The notes beneath the pieces were generated by a model. That model worked only from the letters and a program-made list of their open reading frames with translations, was not told the DNA's origin and searched no databases. Positions 25,493 through 39,850 of a stretch of DNA of 64,000 nt are shown here, one piece after another; within the stretch, counting starts at the first letter, position 1, and every line of letters begins with the position of its first letter. The stretch is taken from the NCBI RefSeq assembly GCF_006345805.1, contig NC_043002.1:92194001-92258000 (forward strand). The letters are read 5' to 3'. The translations under genes and the position numbers were made by a program. The stretch comes from Octopus sinensis. Taxonomy: Eukaryota.

Positions 25493-26388
25493 TAATAGAA
25501 AAGATTTCAATCCATTTGGTAACTTCTATTGGCGAGAGAGAGAAGAACCATTTACCCAGCTTACAACCGAAGCCACATTACATTACATTTCTTCCTCTTA
25601 CCTCCGCTTTCATACGAAGAGCTAGGAACCGGAACGTTAGATTCTTCAAGCCTCACATTAATTAAACTTAGCAAACTTGTTAATAATCTCACTTATGGTT
25701 TATAGACCAGTTCTTAACATAGTCGAGCCATCTCGTGTTTCTTCAGATTTCATTTACATTACATGAATATAATATATATTTATGAATATGTAGAAATGTC
25801 AGACAGTTTCATAATTGCGATTTACAGTCCGAAAATATCGCGTCATATCACACCACATATATGTATGTATATATGTTTGTTTGTTTGTATATATGTATGT
25901 TATATATGTATGTGTGTATAAATGACAAATGAACGAGTAATGTTTAGTTTATTAGTCTATATCAATGTTGTATACACAACAGTATACATGAATTCTAAAG
26001 AGATATAAATGAGCATGACACATAAATCAGGTTTTATGTATTCGCTTAGGAGTTGCAGTAACGAATCTATACGTGTGTCTCAGTGCTTGTGTGCATGTAC
26101 GTGTGTGTGTGATTTGACTTACAGTATATGTGTGTGTGATATGACTTACAGTGTGTGTGTGAGGTGGTTTTGTGCGGCAGTAGAGATTGGCTCGTCTGAG
26201 ATAGCGCAAAATTTGGCCAGCAACATTGGAGAAGATATTGAATAGGACAACCCAATGCAGTACCGGCTAGCCAGACAGTTACGTGCGATACTTCAATGAC
26301 TGAAAGATCGATGAGGTCTGCTGTACAGGTGATGATCTTCCGGTTTTGGAAAAGAGAAGCTTCTCTGGTGCTATTTTACGCACTAGAA

Positions 26389-26434
<46 letters not shown>

Positions 26435-26596
26435 GCTGTGAGGTAAGAAGCATGCTTCCCGATCCACATGGTTTCAGGTTCAGTTCTACTGCGTGGAACC
26501 TTGGCCAAGTGTCTTCTCCTAAAGCCTCGGACCGACCAAATCCTTGTGAGTGGATTTGGTAGACGGAAACTGAAAGAAACCCGTCGTATATGTACA

Positions 26597-26650
<54 letters not shown>

Positions 26651-28316
26651 TTGTCCTCTCACCATCACTTGACAACCGATGCTGGTGAGTTTACGGCACC
26701 GTAACTTAGCGATTCGGCAAAAGAGACCGATAAAATAGGTACTCGGCTTAAAAAGAATAAGTGTTGTGGTCGATTTGTTCGACTAAAGGCGGTGCTCCAG
26801 CGTGGCCGCAGCCAAATGACTGAAACAAGAATGAAAGTATATATATATATATAGCGGGGGGGGGGATTCCTTCAGTCTCTATCTATGAAATCCACTCATA
26901 AGGCTTTGATCGACCCGGGGCTATAATATAGAGAACATTTGCCGCATTGTGTGGCTGAACCCAAGACCAGAAGCTTTTTACTCAGAGAGGCACGCCTGCG
27001 CTTATTGAAATGTTAAAGTCGTCGTACATTGTTCAATATTTAAAACTTCAGTTATTCAGTTAAGGTTCGGGCTGGCAGAATCGTTAAGCACGCCGGGTAA
27101 AATGCTCAGCGGCATTTCGTCCCCCCTTTACATTCGACGTTTGAATTTCGCTGAGGTCGACTTTATCTTTTGTCCTATCGGGATCGGTAAAATAAGTACC
27201 AACTGAATAATGGGGTCGATGTAATCGACTTACCCTCTCCTCCGAACATGCTGGACTTGTGCCAAAGTTTGAAACCAATATTTAAAATTCAGCGATTGTT
27301 ATGAGGAAGATTTGACTGCAATTCTTTACACATCACAGGACTACATATAATTTCCTTCGATATATAGTTTCTTCCTCTATTTCGTTAAGCATATCTGTAA
27401 TCATAGATACAAATTAAATCATAGATCAGTTGAATAAAGGAGATCTTATAACTTCTTTTACTGATAGGTGAAAGTAAATCATATATATAATATATAATAT
27501 ATAATGATCTTTTCAGTTTGAACGACAGTTTTTTCTAGCGGTGTCATATGAAATTGTCACCCACAATTATGACCCAAAATCTTTCTATTGCATTTCAAGC
27601 TCCCTAACCACAGAGCCCTGCCTGCGCCTATTGTATATTTTTGATAGTAATACAAGTAATATAAATGGTAACTCAGTATGGACGTCGAACTGGCTGATAC
27701 GTCAGCTTGTTAACTGAAACAATTTGTTATTAAGGCGGTGAGTTACCGTTTTTTACGTTCTGAGTTCAAATTCCGTCGAGGTCGACTTTGCCTTCCATAC
27801 TTTCGGGCTTGATAAAATAAGTACCAGTCGAACACTGGGGTCAATGTAATCGACTTCTTCCCTCCTCCGAACTGGCTAACCTTGTTGTCAGAATTTGAAA
27901 CCAATAAGGCGGTGAGCTGGCAGAATCGTTAGTACGCTGGTCAAAATGCTTACGTTCTGAGTTCAAATTTTATCGAGGTCGCCTTTACCTTCCATCCTTT
28001 CGGGCTTGATACAATAAATACCAGTCAACAACTTAGGTCGATGTAATCGACTTACCCACTCCCCCGAAATTTCTGGCCCTCTGGCAGAATTTTAAATCAA
28101 TATTAATGGTAACTCTAACCATTTAGTTATACAAAAGTTATATAGTTATATAGGCGTAGGAGTGGCTGTGTGGTAAGTAGCTTTCTTACCAACCACATGG
28201 TTCCGGGTTCAGTCTCACTGCGTGGCACCTTGGCCAAGTATCTTCTAGTATAGCCTCGGGCCGACCAAAGCTTTGTGAGTGGATTTGGTAGACCGTCGTA
28301 TAAATGTGTATATATT

Positions 28317-28347
<31 letters not shown>

Positions 28348-28560
28348 GTGTCTGTGTGTCTGTGTTTGTCCCCCAAACATCGCTTGACAACCGATGCTGG
28401 TATGTTTACGTCCCCGTAATCTAGCGGTTCGGCAAAAGTGTCCGTTAGAATGAATAACTAGGCTTACAAAGAATAAGTCCTGGGGTCGATTTGCTCGGCT
28501 AAAGGCGGTGCTCCAGCATGGCCGCAGTCACATGAGTGAAACAAGTAAAAGAGTAAAATG
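26435..28560. mobile_element. SINE cluster: SINE-B 26435-26840 and 28154-28560; SINE-A 27070-27280 and 27735-28105; partial GGATC-MITE ~27505-27600
   Basis: Consensus matches. Confidence 0.75.
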
Positions 28561-28759
28561 AGTGAAGAGTGATAAAGCAAGCATACAGCAAGACGTTTCT
28601 GTCCATTCTTTGAGATTCACCGTTGAAGACATTTACCTGGAACACGATATGCACGGTTTCAAGTTGAACTTCAGCCATGTTGATCAATTAAGTTTAAGAG
28701 CTACGTCTCTCCTGCCACTCATCCACAGAATAAAACGATGAAGTGAATGCGGTACCATG

Positions 28760-28815
<56 letters not shown>

Positions 28816-29042
28816 TGTGTGCGTGTGTTTGTATGTATGTGTGTGTGCGTGCGCGCATGTGTGTATGTATACACACATACTTATAAATAATTCAGGTACG
28901 CGGTAATAAAGAAAATAACATATGCGAAACAAAATTATTTTTTTTAGTTGGAGGAATGAACTAAATACGTTATCGTTAATTGTTGACGACTCTCAAAAGC
29001 AATAAATAAATAAAGAAATAAATCGATAAAAAAATAGATAAA

Positions 29043-29438
29043 TCTTTATATATAAAAGTCAAGTTGTGATTCTGTCTCCTACGATTTAGATTCCTAACTA
29101 CTCCCACATTTTGCGGTGCAGTTTAACCAAAACCGGGTATCTTATAGTCGTGATTCATATCGAGCCCTTCTGGGTATTAGCGCGCGTCTACGATGAGTCT
29201 ACGATTTAGAAAAAATTTTACCAACATTTTTTTCCATTTTAATGCATTTTTTTCGCTATTATATAAGGGAAGTAACTCTCTAAAAATGTCTACGATGAGT
29301 CAACGATTTAAAAAAAAAATTACCATCATTTTTTTCCATTTTTAATGCATTTTTGCTATTTTTTGGCTATAACTCTCTAAAAATGCTTATATAGTTATTT
29401 CCCTTACAAACCCGAGCAACGCCGGGCGATACTGCTAG
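29043..29438 (+). mobile_element. Non-autonomous Helitron
   Basis: A|TC...CTAG|T insertion, subterminal hairpin CCCGAGCAACGCCGGG, no TSD; second copy at 44173-44565 (-). Confidence 0.85.
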
Positions 29439-29609
29439 TAAAATATAAAATAATGAAAATAATAAAAAGAGAAAATTTCAAAAATTTAATTGATTTCGGT
29501 ACAAATGTCGCAAACAATAAGACATTGGTCCTTTCAGGAAACCCTGAGAGGACTCTACATATTAGTAAAGCATCCCTAAGACAAAATATCTCGGAGCTGC
29601 ATTCACGAA

Positions 29610-30280
29610 AGATAGGAAGCAGCAGGGTGGCCTGGATACTGGAATTGCAAGCGCCGGGTTCAGTAATAAGCCTGCTCTAATATTCACTCCTTAGCGAAAA
29701 GCCAAATTTACTATCTTCAATTCAGTTTTCGTGCCTATCCTCCCCTCTGGTTACGAGGTCGAGGGTTCTTGTTCAAAGGAACAGTCTGCTTGTGAAATTA
29801 ACCTGCAAGTGGCTGAGCATTCCTCAGACATGCGTACCCTTAACGTAGTTCTCAGGAAGATTCAGCGTGAAACAGAATGTGACAAAGTTGGCCCTTTTTG
29901 AATTACAGGTATAATTCATTTTTTCCCGCTGAATGGACTGGAGCAACGTAAAAATAAAGTGTATTGCCCAAAGGCACGACGCGCCTCCGGGAATCGAACT
30001 CAAGACCTTAGGATCGTGAGCCGAATACTCCTCACTCTAAGCCACGCGTCTTCACTCTAATGACTGAAAAAGTACGATTGCGAATCCAAGGAGCAGAAAT
30101 GAAGGATCTCGACTGGGCGCATAGCTCAGAGAATCGCTTTAGGCCGATTCTCCACACTGGGAGTCCACAGCTCCGGTTAGAATGTTGCCGGGAAGGATCG
30201 ATCGCAAGTAAAATTTTCCAAGACGAGCCAACCGAGTAAATCTGTGCGTAGACCAAGAGTGAGTCGGTTGGATAACACTG
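29610..30280 (+). pseudogene. RTE-clade LINE relic split by a SINE (29760-30050, -)
   Basis: ...AKFTIFNSVFVPILPSGYE | MTEKVRLRIQGAEMK... matches the post-RT region of RTE ORFs. Confidence 0.6.
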
Positions 30281-30293
30281 TGTAACAACATAT

Positions 30294-30324
<31 letters not shown>

Positions 30325-31692
30325 TTATCTTTGGTCAGTAAGTGTTATTTCTTATTTGTTTCTATCTAGAAATCAAAGGAAATGACTGCTATTCCCTTCA
30401 AACTTTGCTTTTGTGACCTGCACATCAACGTTTTCAAACTGACCTATTTTCCATTATGTTTCAGACAGATTCAGCATTGAGTTGTTCCAGAAGTAGAAAT
30501 ATTGTAATAGCAAATATTCTACACAATACCTATTTCTTTACTACCCACAAGGGGCTAAACACAGAGAGGACAAACAAGGACAGACAAACGGATTAAGTCG
30601 ATTATATCGACCCCAGTGCGTAACTGGTACTTATTTAATCGACCCCGAAAGAATGAAAGCAAAGTCGACCTCGGCGGAATTTGAACTCAGAATGCAACGG
30701 CAGACGAAATACGGCTACGCATTGTCAGTTGCTTAACCTAAACCACTTGAACATGTCCCTTAGCGGCTGACAATATGCATCTTTGATGAGGAACAGGGGT
30801 AGTGGAAGAGCATCATAGCTATGTGTTGAGAGGAATTCTTTCGGGTTTGAATAAATATTGTAACAAAAACAAACTTTGAAGGAAATATTAGCCAGTTTTC
30901 ATATTTTGTAGGGGCAAGCAAATAGGGAATAACACTTGTTACCCAAAGACAAAAATCGTGTTACATTGTGTAATATAGTCTCTGTCGATCACGATTAAGG
31001 AATCAGTAGGAAAGTATGATAACGGCTGATTCTAAGGAGTCTCCTGAGAGTTCGAACCCCACGACCCTCCCATGAATAATGTTCGGCCAAAATTGGAAGG
31101 ATGACTGGACGGTTAGGGTATCATTGTTCATTGTTCGTAGGCAAAGTGCAAGTCATGGATGTTTTGGGCTTATCTATCCTCATCAGTGAATCATAGTTTT
31201 CTTTGGCCTATACGTACTGTTGACAGATTTGACACAGAAAAAAAAAATTAACGAAACATTTTTTGCATAAATAAAAAAAGATTGAGCTAAGAGAAGTACC
31301 AGAAAGAGTCAAAAACAACATTTTTTACAAAATAATTTGCACATATAAATGAATTTTTCTGTAAATTATTCTTATTTCTTGAGATAATCTCATTTGATCG
31401 AAATTTACATTGAATTTCTATTGCATTTCGCAAACTACAAGGTAGATTTCAATTCATCGAGAAAAGATTTTGTCTGTCATTTAGTACATCACAACCTACC
31501 TGAATTACATAAATTCATATCATTGACCCAGTTGAGTTATTTCCCTTAGGTAACTAGGACAGTGTTTGTCATTAAACCTGTTTCTCTAAACCGTTTTTTT
31601 TTTCTTCTTCTTTTTTACTTCGGAAAAACAAATAAATTGTCCACTGACTGAACAGGCTTCAGAATGTTATAACGACTGATAAGGTAAAATAA

Positions 31693-32110
31693 AGGCGGCG
31701 AGCTGGCAGAAACGTTAGCACGCCGGGCGAAATACTGAGCGGTATTTCGTCTGCGGTTACGTTCTGAGTTCAAATTCCGCCGAGGCCGACTTTGCCTTTC
31801 ATCCTTTAGGGGTCGATAAATTAAGTACCAGATGAATACTGGGGTCGATGTAATCGACTTAATACCTATGTGTGTCCTTGTTTGTCCCCTCTGTGTTTAG
31901 CCCCTTGTGGGTAATAAAGAAATAGGTATTTCGTCTGCGGTTACGTTCTGAGTTCAAATTCCGCCGAGGTCGACTTTGCTTTCATCCTTTAGGGGTCGAT
32001 AATTAAGTACCAGATGAATACTGGGGTCGATGTAATCGACTTAATACCTATGTCTGTCCTTGTTTGTCCCCTCTATGTTTAGCCCCTTGTGGTAATAAAG
32101 AAATAGGTAT
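31693..32110 (+). mobile_element. SINE-A dimer
   Basis: Second, headless unit starts at AAAGAAATA|GGTATTTCGTCTG (~31924). Confidence 0.85.
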
Positions 32111-32448
32111 GCTAAAGACACGTCCGGTGCTGTCGTGTTAACTAAGATAACATGTAAATTCAATTTTCGGTTACTGTAATTCAAAACTGCATGAAATTAT
32201 CTCCCCTTTTCTGTCAGACTCCCTGACAGCTGCTGTTATTGTTATCTTTTTATTTTCTTCTTATCTGCAAGGCAAATATAAAATTCATTAGGAAAATTTG
32301 GTATATCATTCAGTACATGATGCTGTTTGAGGTTCGGCGCATCAAACAATAAGCCCAACGTTTCCCCCTGCGTGTCGTGAAAGGCAAGTAACTATAGGAG
32401 GTTGAGGTAGAATTTGCACTCCGACTTCGTAAAACCCTCTGTGTTTAG

Positions 32449-32860
32449 CGGCGAGCTGGCAGAAACGTTAGCACGCCGGGCGAAATGCTTAGCGGTATTT
32501 CGTCTGCGTTACGTTGTGAGTTCAAATTCCGCCGAGGCCGACTTTGCCTTTCATCCTTTCGGGGTCGATAAATTAAGTACCAGTTAAGCACTGGTGTCGA
32601 TGTGATCGACTTAATACCTATGTCTGTCCATGTTTGTCCTCTCTATGTTTAGCCCCTTGTGGGTAATAAAGAAATAGGTATTTCGTCTGCGTTACGTTGT
32701 GAGTTCAAATTCCGCCGAGGTCGACTTTGCCTTTCATCCTTACAGAGTCGATAAATTAAGTACCAGTTATGCACTGGGTCGATATAATCGACTAAATCCG
32801 TTTGTCTGTCCTTGTTTGTCCTCTCTGTGTTTAGCCCCTTGAGGGTAATAAAGAAATAGG
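32449..32860 (+). mobile_element. SINE-A dimer
   Basis: Same junction at ~32676. Confidence 0.85.
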
Positions 32861-32989
32861 AACAATTACCCAAACAGACCCATGGTTTGGATGGAGAGTT
32901 GTCGCCTGAGTCGTGCAAGGGTGTCAGTTGTGGATGCAGCGACGCGCTGCTACTACGACTATTCATTATATCTCTACCAACTTTAAGTG

Positions 32990-33835
32990 TGTATATGGGT
33001 GTGCGTGAAGGGCACGCTTGCGTATGTCAGCATGTGTCTGTGTGTGTCCGTATGTGCCCGCGTGTGCATGTGGTTATATAGACTTATATGTATGCATGTG
33101 TTTGTGAGTGTGTATGCTACACACACACACCCGCACGCATACAGGCATATATACATATATACATACATACATATACACACACATATATGTATATATAGAT
33201 ATATATGTGTGTGTATATGTATGCGTATATATATATATATATATATATGTTAATAAAATAGAACATATGCATATATATAAACATATATGTACGTACCTAC
33301 CTCTACATGTACATATACACGCATATATGTGTACAGGACACCAAAAAGACGTCGAACACATAGAGAGACGAAAAACATAGACACAAACCAAGGAACAAGA
33401 CAAGCAAAAAAAGAGATACAGGACAATAAGCACAACGAAAAATCCCCTTCTTCAGTCGCTAAGGTTTCATCTACTAAACGTTTCGAAGGATAATATATAT
33501 ATATATATGTGTGCATGTGTTTATGAGTGTGTATGTATGTATGTGTATATATACATGTGTGTGCGTGTATATATATATGTGTATGTGCATATTTATATAT
33601 ATATGTGTAAGTTTCTAAGTTTTATATACACATGTATATGTATGTATATGCATATATATATGTATGTATATATATATATGTGTGTGTGTGTGTATATATG
33701 TATGTATATATCTGTATTTATATATATACATACATACATACATACATACATACGCATCATATATACATATATGTTATATATATATATATATATATATTAC
33801 ATGTGTATGAATACGTGCGTTGTGAATGTGTATGC

Positions 33836-33870
<35 letters not shown>

Positions 33871-33900
33871 TATACAGACAGACAGACGTTTGTAACACTT
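32990..33900. repeat. (TA)/(TG)/(CA) microsatellite field enclosing a Penelope-like remnant (~33340-33495)
   Basis: Direct inspection; remnant resembles 57240-57400. Confidence 0.8.
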
Positions 33901-34377
33901 GACACATATACAACATATTCTAATTGTTTATTCAAAAATTCAGGTTAAAGTTATTTCTATTTCCTTGAATGAAACTCCACCCATTTCTCAAAGTCGGTAT
34001 TGTACTCCTTCTTTTCCCACCATTTTCTACTCTCTTCCTCATTTTTGCACTTGTACTCTACACCTCCTCCCCCCATTCTCCTCCTCCCTCCTCTTCCTCC
34101 CACTCCTCTGCCTTACACTCGAACATAAATACCCATAATATACCCATGTACGTACATAGACACGCGTATAAAAAGTATATACACACACCACACACACACA
34201 CACACCTACCTACGTAATACACACACAGTTATATATATATATTTATTCATTTCTCTCACGTACACACACACCCTCGTACGCACAGACAGACAGATAGATA
34301 GATAGATAGATAGATAGATCATTCTGTTCCTGTTCTCTGCTATCTCATGCATTTCACACACACGCACTTTCTCTATC

Positions 34378-34408
<31 letters not shown>

Positions 34409-34499
34409 CTTCTCTCTACCATGCGCGCGCACATAAGCACGCACTCATACGCGAATACACAGCCGTTATTCTTATTGGAGAACAACTAGGACAAGGTGA

Positions 34500-36020
34500 C
34501 GTGCAAGGCGGCGAGTTTCGCTCAGAAACGAGCCGAAAGGAAGTTATTCATGAAAGATGGAGAAGCGGCGAACACCGACTTCGTCATCAATGACCGCCTG
34601 AGGGTCGTGTGCCTCTTATGTTTTGCCCCAATCCACGTCTGAAGAGGCTGGAGCAACTGCTTTCTGCGCTTTACGAATAGGACGCGTTCTACTGTTCCCG
34701 TGTTCCACTTGTTGACAATAGCCGCCGCTTGGAGACTTGTCATATCATGGCTGGCGATGCGAAAGTACGTGTTGAGACTACGTACAATCTTTATTAAGAT
34801 GTCTCAACTGATGCAGCCAGTTGTTGGGTACCATTTCGCAGTCATTCGTCGCCACTGCTCTCTGTTCTCTGTCATGTGCATCAGGTTCGCTGTGATTTGA
34901 CTTGTCCAGTCCTTTGGACAGTTGGACTTTCTCTGTTTACCTCTCTTTCGCTCTCCCTAAATTGTACCCTGGAGAATGGTTTTGGAGAGGGAGTTATCAC
35001 AGGATACATGACCAATACGTACGATACCACTAATAATTCCTTAATGGCGTGACCCCATTTTTTTAGACTAGTTTTTCCATAGCTTGTTTCTGTGATAAAG
35101 CTACCTTTCTGGGCCAAGCAAAAACTAAGACAGGGCGTTGACATCTTGAATGCTATCAAACGCTAACAGACAGTTAGAAACTGTCGAACAATGAGTTCGG
35201 TTGCAGACTTCAGTTTTATAGAAGACTAGTGGCGGGCAAAACGAGACGACATTCTTGGAGAAACTCTGGGCGTCGAAGGAAATTATTTGGCTGGTTTAAT
35301 TCATATGGCTTTCAGGCCACAGCCCATAGATAGTTTCCAGAAATACCTGACCTGGCAGTATTACTGGAGCGCATTGCCAGTTCGAGATATAACGTTAGCT
35401 GAACTTATCCAAGATGCACGCGGAATGACGATATCGTTTTGTTCGTATTTGTCCAGTTCACGAGGAGAGCTTATCTGTGGTGTTGTGCTGAACTGCTGCA
35501 GTAATGTGTGGAACTGAACCGGTTAAAAGCTGAGTCCATTGAGATCATTCTGTCACCTTTCTTTGATCGAAAAGGACTGATATCCTTTATCGGTCTGGTG
35601 ACTTAGACGAAAGAGGTTGCGTAGTGGACGAGAATAAAATCGCTGAAGAACGATACCTTTCTCTTTGGTCAAGTCCTCGTCAACTTTTGCAGGTCATTTG
35701 AAAATGAAAATGAGTGGTGAGAGGGAAGTGCTGCCATAGCAGATTTGTTGAAAAGTGGATGAGAGTAGTGAGCATAGCCCCAGCGAACGAGCTGAATGAG
35801 AGCAGGCCCGTTTAATCGAAGATTGGAGAAAGAAAACAGGGAGAGAACCTTAGTGACTTAGGCTTTTTGTGGGGTATCCACGATTAGAACTCGGACGTCA
35901 TTTACACCGTCCTTTCGAGAAATTTTTCTCTGATATTTCTTTCTTTTCTGTTATTTCCGTTTATTATATGTGTTTTATGCCGTCCTCTACTCTGTACCAA
36001 CCTTGATTTTCTTATCAACT
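34500..36020 (+). pseudogene. 5'-truncated L1-clade (Tx1-like) LINE: ORF2 C-terminal half + 3'UTR
   Basis: With frameshifts: AQKRAERKL...RLKRLEQLL...WLAMRKYVLRLR...PIDSFQKYLTWQYYWSALPVRD...YPRCTRND...TKEVA*WTRIKSLKNDTFLFGQVLVNF...HLKMKM..EREVL...RFVEKWMRVVS...RPV* (stop ~35815); decayed zinc-binding region; no RT domain. Confidence 0.7.
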
Positions 36021-36215
36021 TTTCAGGTTGATAAAGTAAACATTATTACTATAATTATAGCCTAGTGGTTAGGGTGTTTGTTGAACTCTCGATCACGGGA
36101 TCATAGTTTCAGTTCCTAGACCTGGTGGTGTGTTGTATTCTTGAGCAAAACACTTCATCTCACGTTGCTCTGCGATCACTTCGATTCCTGATGCATGGTA
36201 CACTGTGCATCTGTA

Positions 36216-36282
<67 letters not shown>

Positions 36283-36339
36283 TTAATTATTATTATTATT
36301 ATTATTATCATCATCATCATCATCATCATCATCATCTAA

Positions 36340-37900
36340 GGCGGCGAGCTGGCAGAATAGTTAGCATGCCAGGCAAAAAGCTTATCGGCATTTCGTCCGT
36401 CTTTACGTTCTAAGTTCGAATTCCATCGAAGTCGACTTTGCCTTTCATCTTTTGAGGAACGATAAAATAAGTACCAGTTGAACACTGGTTCGATGTAATC
36501 GACTCATCCCCTTCCCCAGAATTGCTGCCCTTGTGGAAAATGTACTAGTAGTAGTAGAAGTAGTAGCCCTTCTGTGTTTTAAAATTAAAAATAGTAAAAC
36601 ACTTCTTGAAGAAATGTATCGTGACTCGCGTTGTTCCCTTTTCAAAATGGAGGATGCATTGCATATTGTCGTCCTAGATAGGGGGAAAAGATTAAATGGA
36701 ATGTTTTTGATCCAAGATCTGCTCGATTAAGGCTAGCACGTGGTTAAACAATAGCAGTTTGCATATGTTGTTTGCATATATTCATATACAAAAACAGTTT
36801 CATACGGACAAGTACACGCATACACAGACACGTACACACACACACATATTTGTGTATGCATATGTGTATATACTCAACCAGTGATACCATCATGTGTGCA
36901 TGTTTGTATGTGTGTGTATGTGTGTGTGTGCGTGTGTGAGTCTGTGTGTGTGTGCGTGTTTGTGAGAGTCCTTGTGAGTGATACACACACAAACATACAC
37001 ACACTACGCACACACATAAAGAGACCCTCTTCTGATATATACCTGTAGCTCACACCTTTATATACATGCCCAAAAGTTATTCTTGCCTATCAAGACATAC
37101 TCCCTTTTACTCTGTTACCTGTTTCAGTCATTTGACTGCGGCCATGCTGGAGCACCACCTTTAGTCGAACAGATTAACCCCAAGACTTATTCTTTATAAG
37201 CCTAGTACTTGTTCTATCGTTCTTTTTTGCCGAACCGCTAAGTTACGGGGACGTAAACACACCAGCATCGGTTGTCAAGCGATGTTGGGGTGGGGGACAA
37301 ACACAGACAAGCAAATACACACATAATACATATACATATATATGACAGGCTTCTTTCAGTTTCCGTCTACCAAATCCACTCACAAGGCTTTGGTCGGCCT
37401 GAGGCTATAGTAGAAGACACTTACCCAAGGTGCCACGCAGTGGGACTGAACCCGGAACCATGTGGCTGGTAAGCAAGCTACTTACCACACAGCCACTCCT
37501 TTCTTTTGCAATTAGAATTTTATCCTCTAATCAAAAAACTTGAATCACCGTAGAGAACAAGAAGATGTATTTTCCTGCTGAAAATTACCACTAAATAAGA
37601 ATAACACACGTGATCTGATTTGCCAATGAAATATAGAAACCGGTAGGCCCACTTGATGAAGGAAACTTTTCATTACAATACATCATTCTTTTCTATAATA
37701 GGTACAAGGACCGAAATTTCGGAGGAGGGGCCAGTCGATTAGATCGACCCCAGTACGCAACTGGTGCTTAATTTATCGACCCCGAAGGATTAAAAGCAAA
37801 GTCGACCTCGGCGGAATTTGAACTCAGAATGTAAAAACAGATGAAATAACGCTAGGCATTTCGCTCGGCGTGCTAACGTTTCTGCCAGCTCTCCACTTGA
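36340..37900. mobile_element. SINE-A 36340-36540 (+), SINE-B 37100-37500 (-), SINE-A 37690-37900 (-)
   Basis: Consensus matches. Confidence 0.75.
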
Positions 37901-38130
37901 ATAATCGAGTAACAATGATATTATTATTATTATTACTATTTCCCTAAAATCTCATGTTAGTGATGATGGCTATTTTGAGGTACAACTGAGGGCAGCTTGA
38001 ACACTAGGGGAGAAAGTGGGGCAGCTTGGACTAAGCTTTTGCAAGATATCTTTGTCTCTTGTACAATCTTAGTAGTTATTCTCTTTATCAATTATGCGCT
38101 TTTTTTACGCATTCTTACCTATCATATTTC

Positions 38131-38161
<31 letters not shown>

Positions 38162-38419
38162 ATTGGCATCATCGTCTTACCGTCGTCTCGAGTGTTTACG
38201 AAAATAAACTTCTTGAATGGCCATTTCAAAATATGAGAGTAAACAAAAATTGCTTGTTTGTGTGTGTCTGTGATGCGGGGTGCGTAATATATATATATAT
38301 ATATACATTGGCCTGCTCGCTTAGCCAGCGGGGTGGCGTCATTCAAAGGCTAAAACAATGCGAACGCATTGTGACCAGCGATGTGTAAAAACATCTGATG
38401 GTCTGGTCGGTCACGTGAT

Positions 38420-38458
<39 letters not shown>

Positions 38459-38680
38459 CATATTACATATATACAATCATCACCATCATCATCATCATCA
38501 TCATCGCTATCTTATCTTCGCTTAGCATGAAATAGAACGGGTTATTTCTGTATCACTGTATTAGGGTCTATCCGCTTAGCTACCATTTACAAGACGCAGT
38601 ACTACGGTGCACCTAATCTAAGTCCACAATACACGTGCGTATGCACACACACACAAACACACACGCACACACACACACAT

Positions 38681-38711
<31 letters not shown>

Positions 38712-38829
38712 GACATAAGAATATACAGAAAACCCCTAGCTCATACGCGTATTACAAATACAATCTGTAAGCGGAACAGTACAAAACTGCAAGAATTTCT
38801 CAAATTCAATGTATAACGTTTTTTTTATT

Positions 38830-39198
38830 TATTACCTCCGCCTTAGCGAAGGCCGAGGTATTGTTTTCAGTCATTTTTATATGTTTGCCCGTGGACAAGA
38901 TATCTCAAGAATCGCTGGATGGATTCGGATGAAACTTTCAAGAATGCTTGACCTCGTGACTGGCACGAACTGATTAGATTTGGGGATCGATCCGGTATCA
39001 GATAAGGATTCAGGATTATTTTTTCCTGTTTTTTTTTTATTTTTACTTAAGCTTTGAGAGCGGTCGAGTTCATTTTTAGTATTCTCATTTGTGAGAGCAG
39101 TCGAGTTTATTTCAGATATTCTCATTTTAAAAATCATCTTTTGACTAATCGTTGAGAAGACGTTGACGGAGGTTTGTGCTCTCTGAGTGCTCTTGTTT
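38830..39198 (+). mobile_element. Helentron-associated non-autonomous element (HINE/DINE-1-like)
   Basis: 5' sub-TIR ACCTCCGCC inside a hairpin (ACCTCCGCCTTAGCGAAGGCCGAGGT), 3' GACGGAGGT, terminal stem GTGCTCTCTGAGTGC, T-rich target. Confidence 0.7.
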
Positions 39199-39299
39199 TA
39201 ATTATTATTATTATCTACATTACAATAGAACCTTTTGCCTTTGTTAGAAACTAGCCCCCTCATAACTTCAAATAATTAAAAACAGAAGAGAATATATAT

Positions 39300-39530
39300 A
39301 TTTCTTTAGTGCCCACAAGGAGCTAAACATAGAGGGGACAAACAAGGACAGACAAAGGAATTAAGTCGATTACAACGACCCCAGTTGCGAAACTGGTACT
39401 TTATTTATCGACCCCGAAAGGATGAAAGGTAAAGTCGACCCGGCGGAATTTGAACTCAGAACGTAACGGCAGACGAAATACGGCTACGCATTTCGCCCGG
39501 CGTGCTAACGTGTCTGCCAGCTCGCCGCCT
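39300..39530 (-). mobile_element. Young SINE-A
   Basis: Full-length, CpG intact. Confidence 0.85.
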
Positions 39531-39850
39531 TGAAGAGAATATATAGACAGAAGAGAATATATAACAGAAGAGAATATATAGACAGACATACAGAGGGACG
39601 GACGGACAGACGGATAGACGTACAGACAGACAGATGTTCGGACAGATGGAAAGAGAGACAAATAGACAGACATACGTATGTAAACTAAGACAAGCCTACA
39701 TATATTTCAGTCAGTAATGACCCAAGCCATGTTTAAATCACCTACGGGCGAAGTATTTTGAAACAAATTTAAGAATACCATAGACGAATGATGATTTGCT
39801 CGGTGATTTTGTTTAAAGTGAAAAACACTTGTGTACTGCCAACGTCTCTA

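Noticed and set aside
31140-31190. Minus-strand CTGATGA-GGAT...ATCC
   Set aside because: Not followed by GAAA; stems I and III are absent.
33440-33490. GAAAC...CTGAAGA words (minus strand), echoed at 57340-57390
   Set aside because: Probably Penelope-like remnants, but I could not build consistent stems I-III, so no ribozyme is called.
34440-35900. CpG-rich unique-looking block resembling a promoter/5'UTR (ATTGG, TGACGT words)
   Set aside because: Better explained as a frameshifted LINE ORF2 relic.
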